Of a stretch of DNA of 6,430 nt, positions 6,251 through 6,430 are shown one piece after another. The DNA comes from Vitrella brassicaformis CCMP3155 (Eukaryota; Protista; Chromerida), in contig CDMY01001004.1 in the NCBI GenBank assembly GCA_001179505.1, forward strand, positions 1 through 6,430, read 5' to 3'. Both the position numbers and the translations under genes were made by a program. Position 1 is the first letter of the stretch. Every line of letters begins with the position of its first letter. The notes under the pieces are model-generated. The model saw nothing but the letters and a program-made list of their open reading frames with translations. It was not told the origin of the DNA and did no database searches.

Positions 6251-6430
6251 TCACCGTACGGCCCGGACCTCCAGCTCGTCCGCCACGAAGACCTCACTGC
6301 CCCCAAGTGGCACAGGCAGTGCCAGGCTTATCTATCCCCTCTCCCAGGTAATATCCGTCCCCATCCGTAGGCAGCCAGGTCATGGGCAGACGTCAGCAGC
6401 ATAGCTAGTGCTGCCGTCCCCCGGCCCCAG
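6251..6430 (-). pseudogene. Degenerate C-terminal exon, possibly TLDc-like (runs off the right edge)
   Basis: Minus-strand pieces in different frames read LGPGDGSTSYAADV / DGYYLGEGIDKPGTA / LGGSEVFVADELEVRAVR* (TGA 6253-6251). The terminal F-x-x-D-E-L-E-V resembles, from memory, the last strand of TLDc-type domains. In-frame stops and frame changes indicate decay. The family assignment is unverified. Confidence 0.4.

Noticed and set aside
1-6430. CRISPR array, tRNA, rRNA or prokaryotic operon
   Set aside because: No regularly spaced repeat-spacer units, cloverleaf or rRNA motifs are visible, and the spliceosomal introns show the DNA is eukaryotic.

Overview
This is GC-rich eukaryotic genomic DNA, not prokaryotic. 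It has short (about 70-130 nt) GT-AG introns rich in (GT)n, (CA)n and (CTGT)n tracts, a style resembling the chromerid Vitrella (inference, not a database result). The window is a rearranged cluster of paralogues. Gene A (minus strand, 1825->663, 4 exons, 305 aa) is apparently intact and encodes an N-terminal J-domain with HPD plus a low-complexity tail. Gene B (plus strand, about 2319->3867) lies head-to-head with A. Its N-terminal J-domain (HPD->HPE) is broken by small indels and is followed by a helical region resembling the CNOT1/Not1 MIF4G domain and an acidic tail. Gene A' (plus strand, about 4805->5653) is an inverted paralogue of A exons 3-4 with no J-domain exons. A non-coding element occurs three times, and a degenerate, possibly TLDc-like C-terminal exon lies at the right edge. 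The most striking pattern is that the inferred frameshifts in B and A' each appear to be frame-compensated, by a second indel or by a stop-free intron. All gene models and homologies were derived by eye and need HMM and RNA confirmation.
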